From Malacoraja senta (lineage: Eukaryota): a stretch of DNA of 64,000 bases. Positions 1 through 12,468 of this stretch are shown in pieces (the first letter of the stretch is position 1; the number at the start of each line of letters is the position of its first letter). The notes under the pieces were generated by a model that saw only the letters and a list, made by a program, of their open reading frames with translations, had not been told where the DNA came from and did not search any database. The position numbers and the translations under genes are program-made. The stretch lies in assembly GCA_038087875.1 (NCBI GenBank), contig CM075988.1:18478001-18542000 (forward strand), in the 5' to 3' direction.

Positions 1-252
1 ATCTGTGGAGGGCAATGCACAGGTGACGTTTCAAGTTAAGACCCTTCTTCAGACTGTTTGGGAGTATTGGAGAGTAAGCTGGAAAAGGAAGAAGTGGGGT
101 AGAGCTAAGCCTGGCAAGTGATAGGTGGAGGAAGGAACTGCAGTGGCTGGTTTATACTGAAGATAGCCACAAATGCTGGAGTAATTGCTGAAGAATGGTC
201 TCGACCCGAAAAGTCACCTATTCCTTTTCTCCAGAGTTGCTGGCTGACCAAA
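1..252. repeat. Penelope-derived inverted (palindromic) repeat, degenerate
   Basis: GTGACGTTTC..ACCCTTCTTCAGACT near 23-55 and its inverse CTGAAGAATGGTCTCGACCCGAAAAGTCACC near 188-218; same family as the copies below. Confidence 0.7.
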
Positions 253-2919
253 TGACAGATGGAGGCTGGATTAGAACGGTCAAAGAGCAGGAGGGCAGCA
301 GAAATCACAGGAGCGGTTTCAATCTCCTCAAAGTATGCCTGCTTTGAATAAGTCCGCCTCTGTGGTCCGACCTCTGTGATTCCAGCTACTCTTCTGTTCT
401 TTCACCATGTTACCCACCTATCACTTGCCGGACTTTGTCCCGCCCACCACCTCCCTTTTCCAGCTTTCTCCCCCATACTCCAATCGGAACGAAGGGTCGG
501 AGAAACCCACACGCGCTTTACTGGGGAAGCTCACTGCGGCGTGCGAGATTCCGGCAAAGCTAACAAAATGGGAACTAATTGTCCCCAAAAAGAGTTGGTA
601 GTTGGGACCTATTGGCCATTGAGGACTATTGACAGGTCTTCCCATAAGATAGGATGTGGACATGATCTTCCAACCTACTTCATTTGCCCTTCTTGCATTT
701 TTTTCCTCCATAACTATTACGTTATAATGCTGCAACGTTATATTGTGCAGTTATTTTTCTCTTTACTCTACCTGTTATATTTGTGTATGGTATGATTGTA
801 TGATTTGACTGGGTAGCACACAAGATGTGTTTACTATATCTCGGTAGACATGACTAGTAGTAACCCAATACCAATACATTTTGGAGACCAGCTGACACAG
901 AGATAGGGTCAGGAGTTAGATGCTTGACTGGCTAATGACAGTACCTTTCATTCCGTTAGGCTATAGCCAACATCATGAGTGGTAGCGAGTGAAGAGAACA
1001 GCAGCCATTGCAACAGGTAGACAGAGCTTCCCTTTATCATTCAGTCCCCAAAAATGCCACAGTTGAATAGTGCATGCCTCAAACCACGGCCCCTCGATGC
1101 AGAAGGGAAATGGCCAAAGCAAAATAGTGTGGTAAAGGAGGTAAATAACATGAAAAATTCTGTCGTCTTTTAGTCAGCAAATTGGGAATGAATTAGTCAA
1201 AATGGGCTTCATATTTTATTCAACATAAATATCGATAGTTTACCAACAAATCTAATTGATGAGACACAGAATCAAAAGCCAACTTAATTGGAAGGCTGCA
1301 GTTAATCAGGTGAGAATGCCTCTGCTTCCCACTTCGCTCAGCCTATTTTTGGCCTCATCTGCCATCCACCTCGATAAGGCTTTACACACCAGTCTGAAAA
1401 TCAAGAACACTCATCACACTGATGTGAAGTGACGGAGCTATGCGGACAATCCAGCCTAAAAGTATTCTCAGTCACTTTATCTGTAGCAACTCAATTCAGT
1501 TTGTAAGCAGTCCAATAAAGCAGGGCCGGGTCTGTTTATCCTGTTGAGAACAGCCTGCTAACACAGTGAGTGCTGCATGCTCAGCAGAGTGAGATTGCTG
1601 GCATATTCCCTGCAACGTATTTTCAATACAGCACCAACCAACTTCAGCTTTACAAAAAGCAACATAAATCGTGCAGTTCCAAAACCCCTCATCTTCTGCA
1701 ATGTTTGGTCTGCTGTTGATCAAACAAAGGACAAGCACAAAACGGTTGACTTTTCTGTAACGCTGTACAGTGTATATTCAGAATGGAAGAAATCCCGGCT
1801 GGGTTACAAGCAGGCAGATCCCGGGCAGAATATTTTGAGCATGATTTGATCAGACGGCAAACAACCGAATGTCTCTCAGGCAGTGCACAATAACAGAGGG
1901 CCCATTGGCCAAACAAGCCGCGGCATGGTCAGGAGCAGGGAGTGGTGCAATACTGGGCACAATCCCCAACAGGCTGGTTGGTCGACACACCAAGTGCAGT
2001 GAGGTGTCGGGGTTAAACCTAGGTTGTTACATGAAGAATATATCAGAGGGACGCTCCTCGTTTCAGAAAATAAATGCAAGTGCTCTGTCTGGGTTCCCCC
2101 CCCCCCCCCCACACATGAAAGAGAAATTGTGTCTGGAGAGTGCATCGAGTTAGCAACAGGCTGTGCCCCGGGGAATTGATTGCAGAGAAGGATGAATGAG
2201 ATGACGGCGCGTTACAAGCCGGCTTTGTGTCAGTCCAGCGGTGACACACTGGCAAGGCTGAACGCTTGTGTAGAGAGGAACTGCAGACGCTGGCTTCAAC
2301 CGAAGGATGAGACACAAAAAGCTGGAGTAACTCAGCGGGTCAGGCAGGAGGCATCTGAAACGCTGAACACTTACTGTACAGCGAGTTCAGAGTTCATGAA
2401 AGCTCCTCCTCGCATACATCCCTCCCCCACAACCTAGCTGTATAGTATTGCCGTGGGTCACCAGCTGTCGGCTTTACACTGCGTTTCTCATCACGATGAT
2501 TTATCCAGTACTTTATCGCCACCGCGGTCGTCACATTGGAAACGGAGACGAGAGAGAGCAGGGAGCTTCTAACTTCCACGGCAAAAAACAAACGAGTACA
2601 AGACGTGGAACATTTCTGGCTCCTGTTCAAAATACCTCGGGTTTACGTTCCCCTCTGGGCTGCCAATGCCCTTCCAGAGCTGGATACACTACAGCGACTC
2701 TGGGTTGAGACGCCAGAAGGAACCCAGCCAAGACATGCAACGACTCTGGTTGGATGCCCCACTTAATGTCCACAACCCATCAACGCCACAATTACACGAC
2801 GTGTCGTGGATGGAGCAAGGCGGCCAGGTCCAGAGTCTGTCTGACCTCTTCCCTCTCAGGGTCTTGCCATCTTTGAATTTGCTGGGAATTGGAAGCTAAG
2901 AACACGTTGTCCTCCACAG

Positions 2920-3113
2920 TGTGTGTAGCTGGTGTAAACCGTAGATAAACACAAAATGCTGGAGTAACTCAGCGGGACAGGCAGCATCTCTGGAGAGAAG
3001 GAATGAATGGGTGATGTTTTGGGTCGAGAAGGATCTGGACCCGAAACGTCGCCCATTCCTTCTCTCCAGAGATGCTGCCTGTCCCACTGAGTTACTCCTG
3101 CATTTTGTATCTA
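2920..3113. mobile_element. Penelope-derived palindromic insertion with target-site duplication
   Basis: Arms ACACAAAATGCTGGAGTAACTCAGCGGGACAGGCAGCATCTCTGGAGAG and its reverse complement; flanked by direct repeat ACGT(T)GTCCTCCACAG (~2904-2919 / ~3114-3128). Confidence 0.8.
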
Positions 3114-5346
3114 ACGTGTCCTCCACAGCGTCACCTCAACGGGAACTGCCATGTCAACCATTGTATTGTAATGAGTGGAGAACCGATCTGCCATCCGTGG
3201 CCAGAGAGGCTTCACTTCATGCACTGGTAGCGGCCACAGAGAACACAAGTCAAGGCACATTTCAGACATGCAGGGAAACAACGGGCTACTCCAACACACT
3301 AAGATGAACGCAGAGAGCAACGTGTCTTGGTTTCAGACTAGAAAACTAATTAAGGGAAAGCAAGCTTTGTGTTAACATTAAAATTTGTGAATTGCAAAAG
3401 TGCTATGTGCAGTAAAGTGCCTTTAAATGATTGCAGGATCGTCAGTGAATGCGCAACAGTGGTGAGTGCCTCCACAACCAGAGCACTTGGTTCGCATTTA
3501 TCGCTTTTTCAATACCTGTCTGAAAAAGGATTAATTATGCAAAAGCAGGATAAATACAAGCCGGCGGGTGGATTTAAACATTGTTAAGGGATTGGCCTCA
3601 AAACATGCCACTGACATTAAGAATTTAGGAACAAAATGGAACATTTTAGACTCCTATGCATAAGCAAGTGCAGCTATCTGCATGAATCGCCCACATTACC
3701 ACTGTTTACTCTCGTCTCACTAGAGCTTCATGGAATCTGACTAGCTGCGAGTACCGACAGTCTGATGAAGGAAAAAAATAAGAATCAATATTGTACACAC
3801 CATTAAAAAGTAAAAATATTTCAAAGTGAACCACGTGGCCTACACTGATGGTCTGACCTTACATTCCAAGCATTGGCCATCCTTCTAGCCGTGATTACAC
3901 GTCATTGCAAGGGGAGCTACCAAGAATCACAGCTACCACGACTTGCCTGAAGATTTCAAAGTTCCAAATTCCACGAACCAGCAGATTCAAGGCAATGTCA
4001 TAATCAGTCCATTTGCAATTTCTGCAGAGGACTGCAAATAGCCTCCAACTTTTCAATGAAAAATGAGATCAATAATTAAGTGAATTTCAGCCAGCGTTCA
4101 ACTGGACGGTATCAATAAAATGGTTGCAAGGAATGGGAGCCGTTTTGAGACGAGAAAGACATTATCAACTCCAGATGGGCTGGGGTTTGAGTTCTCTTTT
4201 ATGTGGCGTCTTTTCTTATATCCCACACACCTCCCCAAGAAAAACAAATCTTCACCCAACACAGTACAGACACGCTTCCAAGATGAACACAGATGACGTT
4301 TAATGTCAACATATCTTGAGATTTGTAGGAAACGAACTTGTAACACCCTGATATTTACATCCCAGTGAATACAACCTGTGCACACAAGCATGGAAACCCC
4401 CAGAAAGTCAGTCACAGACCTCAAAATCAACATTTTAAATCAGCATTTTCAGTTGCTGTAATTCAGTGCAATGAACTTTACATCAGATGGCCGCGCATGT
4501 TCCAGGAATCAACAAAAGAAATCACTGCAGCCATCTCTGCCAAGATGCACATCACTCGGGTTATTTTAAATCGTAGAATAACAGTTGACCAGCCCCCCCC
4601 CCCCTCCAACACTCTGAAAGGGATCACAGACGTTAAACCAGCCAAGGCACATCCTACACACATCTGATTAAATCCAGCAGAGAAAACTCGACTGAAACGG
4701 CCCATTATGCTGGAAAGATAACACGTGCGGTACAATACTGGCACCAAGGCTAAAGACAGCCTACACGGCTCAGGAAAAACATCGCGGGCAGGGGAGGGAG
4801 GGAGTTGGGGAGGGGGAGGGGGGTTGGGGTTGGGATGGTGAGGGAGAGGGTTGGGGTTGGGATGGTGAGGGAGGGAGGGAAGGGGCTGGTGGGAGAGGAC
4901 ATGGAAGTAACAGATGTCGTGAACCTGTTAGTTAAATGCAGGGTTTTTTTTTCTCTCTCTCTCTCTATCAAAACGCATCGCCCGGGAAATGTGAACTGCA
5001 TTGGGGACGAGAGGTCCCGCAGAACACAGCGGGCTTGTGTTTTGTATTATTACAGAGGTAAAGCGAGAGAGAGAGTGAGAGAGAGAGTGTCGGTAAAGGC
5101 AAGTGAATAAAGCCTTTTGTTCCCCGTCAGTCTCTGCTGCTCTCTGGTTCACTCAGCTTCCGCGGGCAGCGAGAGGAGAGGAGAGGGCGGTCAATGGTGC
5201 TCTTGTGTGCGGCAGTGGCGAGGGGGAAAGCGGGAGAGAGGGAGGAAGGGGAGAGGGGGGACAGAGGGATGGAGGAAGGGGGGAGAGAGAGGGAGGGGAG
5301 GAAGGGGGGGGAGAGAGGGAGGGAGGAAGGGGGGGGAGGGGAGGAA

Positions 5347-5546
5347 NNNNNNNNNNNNNNNNNNNNNNNNNNNNNNNNNNNNNNNNNNNNNNNNNNNNNN
5401 NNNNNNNNNNNNNNNNNNNNNNNNNNNNNNNNNNNNNNNNNNNNNNNNNNNNNNNNNNNNNNNNNNNNNNNNNNNNNNNNNNNNNNNNNNNNNNNNNNNN
5501 NNNNNNNNNNNNNNNNNNNNNNNNNNNNNNNNNNNNNNNNNNNNNN
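5347..5546. other. Assembly gap (200 N placeholder)
   Basis: Run of exactly 200 n, adjacent to a G/A-rich low-complexity tract. Confidence 1.
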
Positions 5547-5737
5547 GATGCGAGCAACATTGAGACCGAATTGTCCACCCACAATGTACAGTCTGTGACC
5601 TAGCTCGTTGTGCATTGACAGACTCGGGATTGGAGAGCTAGTAGTCCTGCTCTCAAATCAAAGCAGAAAGTGCAGGAAGCACCGAACAGGTCAGGCAGCA
5701 ACTGTGGAGAGAGAAACAAACTTCATGTTTTAGGTCA

Positions 5738-5905
5738 TAGATAGACACAAAATGCTGGTGCAACTCAGTGGGTCAGGCAGCATCTCTGGAGAACAGGAAT
5801 AGGTGACGCCTCGGGTTGAGACCCTTCCTTCATCAGAGTCTGATGGCCGACCTGCTGAGTTACTCCTGTCTATCTTCCGACTCCATCTGCGGTTCCTTCT
5901 TACAC
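5738..5905. mobile_element. Penelope-derived palindromic insertion nested in an older copy (~5660-6065)
   Basis: 18-bp direct repeat ACTTCATGTTTTAGGTCA at 5720-5737 and 5906-5923 flanks the family arms. Confidence 0.8.
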
Positions 5906-6382
5906 ACTTCATGTTTTAGGTCAATGATCCTTCATCAGAACCTTAGTGATTTATCGAGTTTCGTTTGGTTTCTCATGAGTAGTCCTTGACCTCAAAGGCT
6001 CACCCAGTTTCTTTCTCCACAGATGCAGCCTGACCTGCTGTGTGTTTCCAATACTTTCTGTGTTTATGTGGAATTTTCACTGTCAACAATTGCTCGCTTG
6101 TCGATTCAGGTCCGAGTACAGTAGTTGTGCCCTGATGTTGGTCTGTCGGTCAGGCAGGTATCTGGTCAATGCCTGGAGATCAACTTTAACATCGAAGGGT
6201 AGACCAGGACTCCGGGCTCTCTATGTTACACCTGCCTTTATGGTTTATGCTCTTATCTTCAGCATGGATTAGTGTTGGTTTATTACTGTCATGTCAACTG
6301 AGGTACAGTGAAAAAACTTTATCTGCCTGCTATCCAGTCAAATCAAATCATACTGTTCCTGAGTCTAATCAATCCATACACA

Positions 6383-6801
6383 CCTTGGGCCCCCTTCGGT
6401 CGATACTGACCATGGGTGTCTCCAGGGTGCTATTCCCTAAATGGAGGATGCCTGTGCGTGACTTTGTTTAACGTAGGGAGACTGGTGCACAGACAGCCAC
6501 CCCACGGTCCTTGACAGATCTGGGTCAGGATCCAGTGGCATGGAGTCCAAGGCGAACAGAGACCCTTTTCTGCTGCAGCCTTCCCAGCCATTGTGACGCT
6601 CCACTAAGGTCAGCCATCGTCCTCCTCCGCCTGTTCCACTGTTGAGGTCTTGGTTAGATTGCTCTTTGTCAGAGACCTCCCCCTCGACCTTACTGCCATG
6701 GGTGGCCCTACCAGGAGCATAGCTCTAGACGGCATCGCTCTCAGGATCTCAGGACCACAGAAGCTTCTCCACCACGACAAGGGGACAATCCACGGAGAAG
6801 T
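6383..6801 (-). mobile_element. Non-autonomous bipartite RTE-derived retroelement (RTE 5'UTR + short RTE-like 3' hairpin tail)
   Basis: Minus strand begins CTTCTCC..CCTTGTCGTGGTGGAGAAG..GGTAGGGCCACCCATGGC..CTGACAAAGAG, resembling RTE/Expander/BovB 5'UTRs; 11-bp TSD ATCCATACACA (6372-6382 / 6802-6812); second copy at 41890-42918. Confidence 0.8.
6656..6800 (-). ncRNA. Putative HDV-like self-cleaving ribozyme (large P4 region)
   Basis: P1 CUUCUCC (6794-6800)/GGAGAAG (6764-6770); L3 UUGUCGU; P3 CCC/GGU (perfect ACC/GGU in copy 2); P2 GGAUUGU (6785-6791)/GCAAUCU (6656-6662); J4/2 GACAAA. Confidence 0.65.
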
Positions 6802-7096
6802 ATCCATACACAAATACAACAGGTAATGCAAAGAGAAAAATATCAGAGTGCTGAATATAGTGTTGCAGCATGTTACAGTTACAAGAGGAAGATCCCATGT
6901 AGCAGCCTGGGACTTACCTGGGTCAAGGGAGCTCCAGTACTTCCAACATGTCGACTTTGGACTTTGGACTGTTTATTTTATTTTTATTTGTAAACGGCAT
7001 CTAACTATGGCGACTGTGCATTTGTGGTTGTGCACAAGAATTTCACTGTGCTGTGCATACATGGCAATAAAGAACAATTGAACCATTAAGGTCCAC

Positions 7097-7367
7097 GTTG
7101 AAGTCATAGTCATAGAGTGGAAACAGGTCCTATGGCCCAATTTGCCCACACCCACCAACATATCACATCCACCCTAGTTCCACCTGCCCGCATTTGGCCC
7201 ATATCCCTCTAAACCTGTCCTTTCCATGTACTCGTCTAATTGTGTCTTAAACGTTGCGATAGTCCCAGCCTCAACTACCTCCTCTGGCAGCTCATTCCAT
7301 ACACCCGCCACCCTTTGTATGAAAAATGTACCTCTCAGATTTCTGTTAAATCTTTCCCCCTTCACCC
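7097..7367 (-). mobile_element. CR1/HER1 LINE 3' fragment
   Basis: Translation KGERFNRNLRGTFFIQRVAGVWNELPEEVVEAG (CR1 ORF2 C-terminus); CTATGA tail; flanking repeat AAGGTCCAC. Confidence 0.9.
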
Positions 7368-7589
7368 AAGGTCCACAGTGAGGTAGGTTGGAAGATCAAA
7401 ACTACACCCTAGCTTATGGAAGGGGACTATGACCTTTCAGCAGCCTGGTGACACTGGGGGAGAACCAGTTATTGATATATAGATATATTGATGAGATATT
7501 GGTGGTGGATTACATCCAACACAGCGCACAGGCCACATTTGTCCATTCAGTAGCTCTTCAACACATGGGTTGAAGAAAAGATGAAGTGG

Positions 7590-7790
7590 GATTTTTTTGT
7601 TTTAAATGGCAAAAGCTTTGCTCAATGTCCTGGAGCAGATTTTATCTCTCGACCAAAGGCATTAAAACAATCTGGTCTGTACAACATGGTACAATCCTGC
7701 ACTGACTACCCTGGCTGCCATGATTCTGATACCACCACACTGATATTTCAGAAGTGGCGGGTTGTCCTGAGGTTGTGATGGACGCATAGT
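7590..7790 (+). mobile_element. Old Deu-domain SINE (SacSINE1/AmnSINE1-like) remnant
   Basis: TGTCCTGG..TTTATCTCTCGACCAA..TAAAACAATCTGGTC..GTCCTGAGGTTGTGA resembles the Deu domain and L2-type tail; heavily diverged. Confidence 0.5.
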
Positions 7791-8079
7791 TATCTTGCAA
7801 CAGTAGTCGCTGCCTCACAGAGAAGGCATCATTCTTCTGCTGGAAAATAAAGTATTAAGAAACAGCTGGGATTTTCCTTGGTTGATAGACTAATTGCACA
7901 TTGCAGTGTTTGTTACTGTTGCACGGAGCTCGAGTTTATGATGGTTCAATATGGAATGTGCATTTACTCCCTGTAGCAGAGAAATCCACTTCTGAACAAT
8001 CACACAGATGAATGACTGAGCATGATCTTGCCTTCTGCTGCGCAGCACAATTAGCCAGGTAGATCCATATTCTTTACGA

Positions 8080-8873
8080 TGTGCAGGAAGGAACTGCAGA
8101 TGCTGCTTTACACCAAAGATAGACACAAACTGCTGGAGTAACTCAACAGTACAAGAAGCAACTCTGGAGAGGAATGGGTGACGTTTCGGGCCAAGATCTT
8201 ATTCAGACTGAGAGTAGCGAACAATGATCTATTCTACATTTCCTTGATCATCGTCTGCTTTGATCTGTCGATTTCATGCCTTACCCTCCACATACCTCTA
8301 GTCTCCCTCTCCCTTGACTCTCAGCCTGAAGAAAGGTCTTGACCCGAAACATCACCTATTCTCTCCAGAGATGCTGCCTGTCCCGCTGAGTTACTCCAGC
8401 ATTTTGTGTCTATCGGTATCTATATTCTTTTGGATCATGGTCCGTTGGGTTTATAACAACCCCAGCTATCAGTGGAAGCTACATCAATGCTGGCCAGGCT
8501 GAGAAATCTGATTCATCATTAGCAGTGTCTTGGAGATCAGAGACAGCCAAAATTCATATTTTGTGCATCATTTGGGAGAGATTTCTTATTTTGCAGCCCC
8601 CAACATTCTCCATTCTAATTATAAACCATCAAATCAAACCTATCAATTCCTCGAAGATCAAAGACACCAAAAAATGCTGGAGTAACTCAGCAGGTCAGGC
8701 AGCATCTCTGGAGAGAAGGAACAGGTGACGTTTTGGGTCGAGGCCCTTCTTCAAATCTCAACCCGAAACGTCACCTATGCCTTTTCTCCAGAGATGCTGC
8801 CTGACCCATTAAGTTACTCCAGTATTTTGTGTTTCATCTTTAGGGTAAACCAGCATCTGCAGTTCCTTCCTAC
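8080..8873. repeat. Two Penelope-derived palindromic repeats (~8080-8415 and ~8655-8873)
   Basis: Family arms (GGAAGGAACTGCAGATGCTG..GCTGGAGTAACTCA..CTCTGGAGAG) in inverted orientation. Confidence 0.8.
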
Positions 8874-9691
8874 ACTATTAATTGCCTCACAGATGATGGC
8901 TGTCCTGTTATGTTCCTCCAGCATTTTGTTTCCTGCTCATGATTCCATCATCTGTAGCTTCAGGTATCGCTATTTGTACCGATGCTTGTAACTTAACCAA
9001 ACCCCCTCATCTTCTGTGGGGACTTGCCAGGTGACCGAGCTATACTTAACTTGTAGCGGGTCACAAGTCTGCCACATCTTAACTCTGCCTACTGTGTGTG
9101 CACAGAAAGGTTCAATTTTTTCAAAAATCCATTAAATTAATGCAGCTGATCTGTGTGCCTTATAGATCTCAAGTCCCTCGGTGGATTAATAAATCAAAGC
9201 AAAGTTTTAACTTGGTCAAGCCTGGGAAAATGGGCAATCAGTGCTACCTGCTGGTGATACTTCCCATCGATGGGAAGGAATAGACATAGAGGTTCAGTGG
9301 GTGGAGAGGCTTAGCAAATCTGAACCTGTTCATTTCCCAGCAAGTCAATTAGGTTGGGTTACCTTCAGATTACAAAGCAAGAAATGCTATCTACAGCATG
9401 TCCGGAAAATAGCGCATCAAGGAATGTAGCTCACGTTAACGATATTCGACAATGAAAGTAAATAATTCTTTGGTCGCCATTAACTTGCTGGACACGTTGA
9501 AACAAGCTATCACCAAGGTGAAATGAGTTTGGACAATCTCAATCTGTTTCGCGCCGGGCATTACCTGGAGCACAAATCTGGTCGTAATTCAGAAGCAACA
9601 ACATTAATTTGCCACAAAGTGCCAATCTCCAGAGGCAGCTGATGTGGAAAATGGAAAAATTGTCCCTCCAGCAGACTCAGGTTAGGACTTC

Positions 9692-10200
9692 ATCATAGAG
9701 TCATTGAACTCTGCAGCCAGGAAACAGGCCCTATAGCCGGCCTGGTCCATGCCAACCAATGTTGGCATACTAAACTAGTCCCATTTGCCTGCATTTGGCC
9801 CATCTCCCTTTAAGCCCTTCCTATCCATACATCTGTCCAAATGTCTTTTAAAAGTAGGAATTCCATCCAGTTCAACAGCTTCCTCTGGCAGTTCTTTCCA
9901 GATAACCTCTGAGTGAAAGGTTGTCCCTGAGCTCCCTCTTAAATCTCTCCCCCTCACCTTCAGCCTCTGGTTTTTGAAAAAAAGTACTGTGAGCATTCAT
10001 TTTATCCATGTTCCTCATGATCTTGCACGTCTCAGTCTGAAGAAGGGTTTCGGCCCGAAACGTAGCCTATTTCCTTCACTCCATAGATGCTGCCGCACCC
10101 GCTGAGTTTCTCCAGCAATTTTGTCTACCTTTTATCCGCCTCAATAAGGTCACCCCTCACTCAGCCTCCTACTGAAAAATGTTCCAGTCTATCCATCCTT
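9692..10200 (-). mobile_element. CR1/HER1 LINE 3' fragment interrupted by a Penelope unit (~10032-10130)
   Basis: Translation WKELPEEAVELDGIPTFKRHLDRCMDRKGLKG; insert carries CTGAAGAAGGGTTTCGGCCCGAAACGTA. Confidence 0.85.
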
Positions 10201-11009
10201 TATGAGTCATAGAGTCATACAGTACAGATACAGGACCTTCAGTCCAATGCTAGCCCATCTAAGCTGGTCCCATATCCCTCTCTTCCTATAATTCAAAAGC
10301 ACAAGCCCAGGTAACAACCCAGTGAAAAGGCCGGGTAACATTGCTGGGACAAGACAGAGAGCTGTCTTGGGATTTTGAAATTCCACTTGAATAATATTCC
10401 GCAGTCCAATATGCATTAAATTAAAGAACCATATTTATGGTTCCGTAAGTGACAAGTGAAATTCATCTCGGACACTAATGCTAAGCTCACATCTATCACC
10501 CACACATTCAGCTGCATTGACCTCATTGGAAGTGAATGGCACAGACAGAGTACAATTGGGGATCTGTATCTTCATACCTATTTAGCAAAGTAATCCAAGA
10601 CAAATTTTCCCTGAAGTTTCAGAGGTCTAAATTGCAGACTAACTACATAAAACGCAACTGCAGGAAGCCCACTGTGGAATATAGCTTGTATGAATTATGA
10701 AAACGTTATGCTTCACAAGTGTAATGGGATTAAGAGTATAGTGATAACCCGTGTTATGTTTTACAAGAATAGCAAACAATTAAATTTTAGGCCGGGAAAT
10801 GAGCGTGAGTCTAACATTACTCAAACAAGTGATTGCAAATCGACGGTTGGTTCCACAATGACAAATGCTATTTACCTTTTGCCTTTACGAGATCTCAAAC
10901 TGTTGCACAGGAGCATTATCAAACAAAATTTGCTACCGTGTCACACGAGGTTAGGTTAAGACGACCAAAATCTTGATCAAACAGGCAGAGATGGTGATGA
11001 TGATATTTT

Positions 11010-11255
11010 ATTGTCACTTGCATTTAGGTACAGTGAAAATGTTTTGTTTTTGCATACAAAGTACACAAGAGAGTCACCACAAAGGTGCTGGCAAAGTTAC
11101 AAAGAGGATCATTCCTTCTTTGTAAATAATCACCCCCCCCCTCACCCCTGGGTCCTCATTAGTTCTCAGCAGCCCCCCACCCCACGACGGGTCCCCCTTA
11201 GTTCTCAGTTCCCCCCCCCTCCACGCCGGGTCCACCTTTGTTCTCAGAGATAGGG
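11010..11255 (-). mobile_element. Short purine-rich non-autonomous element with Rex1-like 3' tail
   Basis: Repeated GAGAAC(T/A)AAGG(G/T)GACCC units, then TTTTCACTGTACC..AAGTGACAATAAAA tail; related copies at 13800-14047 and 16470-16808. Confidence 0.6.
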
Positions 11256-11404
11256 CAGTGAGAAGAGGTCCCAACATCTAACATCTTAACATCTAAAGGC
11301 AAGGTCAACAGTGGCAGGGTGATTAAAGTCAATGGGGGTACAGTATATTTAAGGCACACCTAATATGGAGATGGAGGGTGCCTTAGTGTAGTTTTATTTT
11401 AAAT

Positions 11405-11880
11405 TTCAAAACTAAAACTTTATTAAGATTAAAAAATATTTACAAAATAAAAAATGCACACAAACCTCTTCAGACATTCTCAGTGTTGGTACATTCAATA
11501 GTGCCGCGCGCAGCAGTGTCCGCACCTGTGTTTACATAAAACACGCTTGCCCCTCACGTGGCTCCCTGGCGTGACATCCCTTCCCTTGTCTGAGTGACGG
11601 CCCCACCAGACTCTGCCCCTCAGTGTCCAGCAGAGGAAGGACCCTAGACTGTGGTCCTCTGGATTACACTTTTTCCCCCCAAAAAGACACTTTACTCTGA
11701 ATAAAAACAGAAATAAAACTATACAAAGCTAAAAAACACTGCAAAAACTCTTCCCACATCCTCAGTGTCTATACATTCAATAGTGTTTGGATCCATCTTT
11801 AAAGAAAACACCCTTACCACTCGTGTGGTCCCGTGGGTGAAATCCCCCCCTTGTTTGAGGGCCACCCCACTGTACTTTGG
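11405..11880 (-). mobile_element. Two tandem 3' ends of a probable Tx1-clade LINE
   Basis: Two diverged copies of CTCAGTGT..TACATTCAATAGTG..CTCACGTGG/CTCGTGTGG..GGCC(C/A)CCCCAC at ~11405-11660 and ~11685-11880; ORF end RTTV* on minus strand. Confidence 0.5.
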
Positions 11881-11904
11881 AATACTGGATTGGAAGAGAT
11901 TTAT

Positions 11905-12222
11905 TAAACTTTAGACTTAAGATTTTAGACTTTGGAGATACAGCGCGGAAACAGGCCCTTCTGCCCACTGAGTCCACGCCGACCAGCGAACTGCCCGTAC
12001 ACTAGCATTCCCTACACAATAGGGACAATTTACAATTTTACTGAAGCCAATTAACCTACAAACCTCTACGTCGTTGGAGCGTGGGAGGAAACTGGAGAAA
12101 ACCAACATGATCACAGGGAGAAAGTACAAATTCTGTACCGACAGCAACCATAGTCAGGATTGAACCTGGGTCTCTGCCACTGTATAAGGCAGCAACTCTA
12201 GCACTGCGCTACTCTGCTGTGC
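11905..12222 (-). mobile_element. HE1-type tRNA-derived V-SINE
   Basis: Reverse complement of A/B-box head, V domain and CR1-like tail GGGC(C/A)GAAGGGCCTGTTTCCGCGCTGTATCTC. Confidence 0.9.
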
Positions 12223-12468
12223 TAGATCTGGTTATTGGAGGGACGAAGCTGATTGAACATTTACCCGGTAGAGATAGGAAATTAGTTGAAAATGTCATAA
12301 AATAGGCCAGTTCTTAATTTATTTCTTCATTTAAAATTTACCCTTTGGTCAGATCACCTTTGACAATTCACATTGCTGGAAAGTTCCTGCTTTATTTCTT
12401 TCTAACCAAATGAGAATTAAATGATAATTGCAATGATAGAAGATGACTGGTTGCTTGTCAGTATTATA

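Noticed and set aside
284..400. Imperfect inverted repeat (possible pre-miRNA or MITE)
   Set aside because: Arms are short and mismatched, the loop is too long, and it sits between decayed Penelope pieces
5103..5615. ORFs of 134-166 aa
   Set aside because: Artefacts spanning the N gap and G/A low-complexity sequence; the same applies to 32210-32521
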